This document shows positions 59,873-64,000 of a stretch of 64,000 nt of DNA, piece by piece. The stretch lies in the NCBI RefSeq assembly GCF_009914755.1, contig NC_060926.1; one strand, given 5' to 3'. Source of the stretch: the human T2T-CHM13v2.0 reference genome, Homo sapiens. The position numbers were made by a program, and so were the translations under genes. Within the stretch, counting starts at the first letter, position 1, and each line of letters starts with the position of its first letter. The notes under the pieces were generated by a model, which was not told the DNA's origin, did no database searches, and saw only the letters and a program-made list of their open reading frames with translations.

Positions 59873-60632
59873 CATAGCTTTCTTCCCCCCACCCCTATCT
59901 TCCCAAACTTAGTCTGAGAATTCTGCTAAGAAATGTCAACCTTTCAAAAGCCATCAGACCCGAAACCCACAGCTGTTTCCTTTACCAGAATCTGCCTTAT
60001 CCGTAGGTTGGAAGAGCACCCCCAAGCTGTTTGTGTGAAGAATACATACAAGCCAGTTGACCCTTTGTTAAGAACAGGAGACTTCTCAGGTGGCACAGGC
60101 TGGAATTGGCTTTATCACATACTCTCAAGCAACACTTAGCCTCTTTAAGCCTCGGTGTTGTCATCTTCAAAATGGGAATTATACTGGTACCTTTCTATGG
60201 CAGAGACTGCTGGTCAGCCCTACTTACCGCTCTCACTTACAAAGTTGATAGAACCCCATTTTTTGACTAGGCATATGGCTGTCCAGGATGGAGACTGCAT
60301 TTCTTAGCCCCTCTTTTAGTTAGGTATGGGGCCATGTCAATACCTTCTGGCCGATGATCTGTGAGCAAAAGCATCATTTAGCAGCTCATAAGATCCTTCT
60401 TTAAAAAGCATCTTGAACTTGCCCTTTTTTTCTTTTTGACTTTGTCTCTTCCTCTCTCCTCTGTGGAAGCTGATACTGTAATCTCAGATTATGAAATCAA
60501 GGTCAAGAATACAATAGCTATGAAATAGAATCTGATCCCTGAAGTGGAGGCTATAAGTCACAGAACCTTAGCTTGTGACATAGGATTAGTTGAAGTGGCA
60601 GGCAGTAGGTGTGAAGATACAGATATTGCAGG

Positions 60633-61067
60633 TTAACAAAAAGGAACCTGATTATGTCCTTTGTGGGGACATGGATGGAGCTGGAGGCCATTATCTTTAG
60701 TAAACTAACACAGGAATAGAAAACCAATTACTGCACGTTCTCACACGTAAGTGGGAGCTATAAGTTGGCACAAAAGCAATTGTGGTTTTTGCTATTAAAA
60801 GTAATGGCAAAAAACCTCAATTACTTTTGTATCAACCTAAATAAATGATGAGAACACATGGACACATAAAAGGGAACAACACAAACCGGGGCCTATCTGA
60901 GGATAGAGGGTGGGAAGAGGGAGAGGATTAGGAGCAGTAACTAATGGGTACTAGACTTAGTATCTTGCCAATGAAATAATCTCTGCAACAAACTCCTGCG
61001 ACACACATTTACCCATGGAACAAACCTGCACGTGTACCTCTGAACTTAAAATAAAAGTTAAAAAAAC
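60633..61067 (+). mobile_element. Older L1PA 3' end with perfect 14-bp TSD, containing a MADE1
   Basis: TSD acagatattgcagg at 60619-60632 and 61068-61081. Confidence 0.9.
60761..60841. mobile_element. MADE1 nested in L1
   Basis: taagttggcacaaaagcaattg...caattacttttgtatcaacctaa inserted at a TA site. Confidence 0.9.
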
Positions 61068-61493
61068 ACAGATATTGCAGGCCGGCCAGCTGCTGAACCT
61101 TGCTAGGTGGTGGCAAAACTTTTGATAAAAACTGTTCCTTGAGTGTGTGGGGAGCAGACCAGGACAGATTGGGTCTACAGCATTAGGAAACTGGTGGGAA
61201 AATTTTGGCATGCAGTGCTCGTCGGCTGGTTCTTGACACTTGACGTAACAGAGATGATCTCTGGCCAGAGTTGGTGGTGTCTGAAAATCTAAGTCAACTG
61301 AGAGTCCGATAACCGGGGGCCTGGCAGAGTGGAAAGCACTCATTCCATTTGCACTGCAAACTGAAGCAGTGGCTCACGACTGAGGGGGCAGCTTGACCAG
61401 GAGATAAGTTTATGGCTGCAGGCTTTTCTTAAGCATCTTCTATTGAGAGTTGACTGGCAAACACCACCATCGGCAAAGTAAAAAGGCAAAAGA

Positions 61494-61797
<304 letters not shown>

Positions 61798-61932
61798 GAC
61801 AAAAGGCAGCACAGATGAGATTGGGTGCTGCCTTCCCTCTACAAGCCTGTAGTTCAGATGGTCTCATGGTGGCCAGTATGAAGATGAAAGAGAAGGGTAT
61901 GGCATGCAGGAGCTGGTGAGTAACAGACCAGA

Positions 61933-62152
61933 GTGGGGTTGGCAACCCGGGCAAATCTACTGAACAAATCTAGCTTGCCACTTGTTTTTGTGTGACCCTG
62001 AGTTAAAAAATGATGAAAAAAAATTTGTGGACATTTGTTTTCTCTCTTATTACATAAGTACCTACATAATATCCTTGATTTTGCCTTTTGGCCCAGAAAG
62101 CCTAAAATATTTACTATTTGGCCCTTTACAGGAAGCATTTGCCAAACTCCAG
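61933..62152. mobile_element. MER58-like hAT element
   Basis: ggggttggcaac...aaagcctaaaatatttactatttggccctttacagg...tttgccaaactcc. Confidence 0.75.
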
Positions 62153-63250
62153 ACTAGGGTCTTAGGCGTAAATATTAGGTCTAGATAGGATCTTGCACAC
62201 AGAGTGACTGACTGCAGGCAAATACATAGGTAAGAAGTTTGAGGGAATTTTATTGCTATAAGCAACCACTATCTTCCCTGCAAAAGCCTGTAATTGTTCC
62301 ATCCTTCCAGCAATGCCCCTGATCCCCAACCTGTATGAGCAGAAAGTAGGCTATGCAAGCTGGCAGCCTCCAAGGACAGCACACTCTCCAAGGCCTTCCC
62401 CACTCTTCCAGCATGACACACACGGTGCCAGATGGGCCACCAAGCAACTTACTCCACAGCCTAGGAGGGGCCTTCTCAATCCTTGCCCTGTGGGATTTGA
62501 GAAACTACAATGGCCAGTGACTGCCATGTGCTTCCTGAGCCTCTCTGTTACTGACAGTAGTCTTATTTGCTGTTATTGAGTGTTACTCCATCATTGCACA
62601 TTGAGTTTATGCATGTGTGTCCTTTAGTTGATAGGCCACTGAGCTATGGGCAGCCACATGTGTTCCTGATGGAAGGGACTGAGTATCTCCCAGAGATCCT
62701 GGACACGAGGAGACATGCTGTGAGTGGATGTCTGGAAGCCAGTCCTGAGAGAGAAGACTCTAAATCCAGAATTTCTTCAGGCATTTCAAACATTTCTATG
62801 TTGTGTGCATTATATAAACAACACCTATATAACTTGTCTTAAGAAAATAAAAGCAACAAGATTAACTGATCCCTTGGAGTGCATATTGGGCCATGGGCAA
62901 TGTTCACGGGCTCCCTTCAAACTCTAGAAACACAGAGGATACAACTTTTACATTTTAACACACAAACCTCAGGGGCTCCATCTCAATCTATAATCACTCT
63001 TGGGAAAGGGGTGAATTTGGTCACACTGTTTTGTGCTTCTAAAGTTTTAGATTTTTTTCATTTTTCTCATGCAATATTTTAAGATAAAATATCTTTACTC
63101 TTACTTTTTCTCCTTTGAGGGACAGGTAATTCTCATTAATTAATTACACAATCATTAGAATTATATTTTAGTAAGTTTAGATATTAGAAAAATAGTACCA
63201 TCAATATGGCATTATTGATAATACCACCAATAATAACCAAAAATAATACC

Positions 63251-63340
63251 ATCACATTGGTTCTTACATGACCTAACATCATTGTTAGTAACATCAATGT
63301 TACTAACGTCACTGTTAGGTCCTGTAAGAACCACTGTGAT
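63251..63340. repeat. 90-bp imperfect palindrome (hairpin)
   Basis: 28-bp outer arms with 2 mismatches and an 11-bp perfect inner stem. Confidence 0.9.
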
Positions 63341-63504
63341 TACTCAAGTCCTTTTTAATATTGATTTTTAATGGCTACAATCATAATATACACAACATTT
63401 TATGTATTTTTAAACTAAATATTATGAAAAATAAGCTATGTTTTTACATAGTCTTTTAAATTGAGTGTTTGAATGGCTGTACCTTGTTCTCTGCAGTAGA
63501 GATC

Positions 63505-64000
63505 TGTGCTCTAGGCATCTATTGCCATGCAACAAGCCACTCAGAACTTAGCAATTTAAAGCCACAACAATCATTGTATTATCTCTCCTGGTTTGTGTGT
63601 GTCAGAGGGTTAGGAAGAACTTGGCTGGATGGTTTGAGCTCACAGAGTTGCTGTCACAACTCTGGCTGGACCTGGGCAGCTGGGGGCTGGGGGTGCCTCC
63701 TCTCTTTTTATGTAATCTTAGAGCATCTCAGTGTGGACTTCCACATGGGCCAGTTTGGGCTTCCTCACAACATGGCAGCCTCAGGATGCTGGGACATCTT
63801 ATGTGATGGCTCAGGGCTCCAGCACAAATATTCTAGCAAGCCAGGCAGATGGTGCATTGTCTTCTGTGACTTTCACATAGCACCCCTTTGGCTGTACCCC
63901 ACTGGCTAACTAGCAATCAAGGTCAGCCTTGACAAAGGGAGGGGATATGTCTCAGTGGTAGAAGGAAGGAAGAGTTTGCAGATATTTTAAAATTGCCACA
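63505..64000 (-). mobile_element. Old MaLR LTR (MLT1F/G-like)
   Basis: tctattgccatgcaacaagccactcagaacttag...gggcttcctcacaacatggcagcctcagg. Confidence 0.7.

Overview
Primate (very likely human) non-coding genomic DNA, dominated by transposable elements. I found no credible host protein-coding exon. The only protein-like ORFs belong to a full-length but inactivated minus-strand LINE-1 (about 47725-53914, L1PA3-like) and to a decayed ERVL pol/dUTPase fragment. The first ~1.1 kb looks like the end of a plus-strand 3' UTR, but I cannot name the gene. The standout feature is an orphan CpG island (about 13850-14910). It holds a 29-bp x3 G-rich repeat followed by a 74-bp x7 tandem array in which each unit carries a same-orientation CTCF core motif (six near-consensus, one weaker) plus a probable upstream module, making it a candidate copy-number-variable CTCF super-anchor. 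Other notable items: the L1 retains the 129-bp ZNF93-binding segment, has a mutated YY1 site and has an open, extended antisense ORF0; a near-identical 131-bp x3 triplication sits inside an old MaLR LTR; there is a 90-bp hairpin, a perfect 22-bp palindrome, closely spaced inverted Alus and several nested insertions with target-site duplications (TSDs). Repeat subfamily names come from recalled consensus sequences and need RepeatMasker/Dfam confirmation. Many old MIR/L2 fragments are not listed individually.
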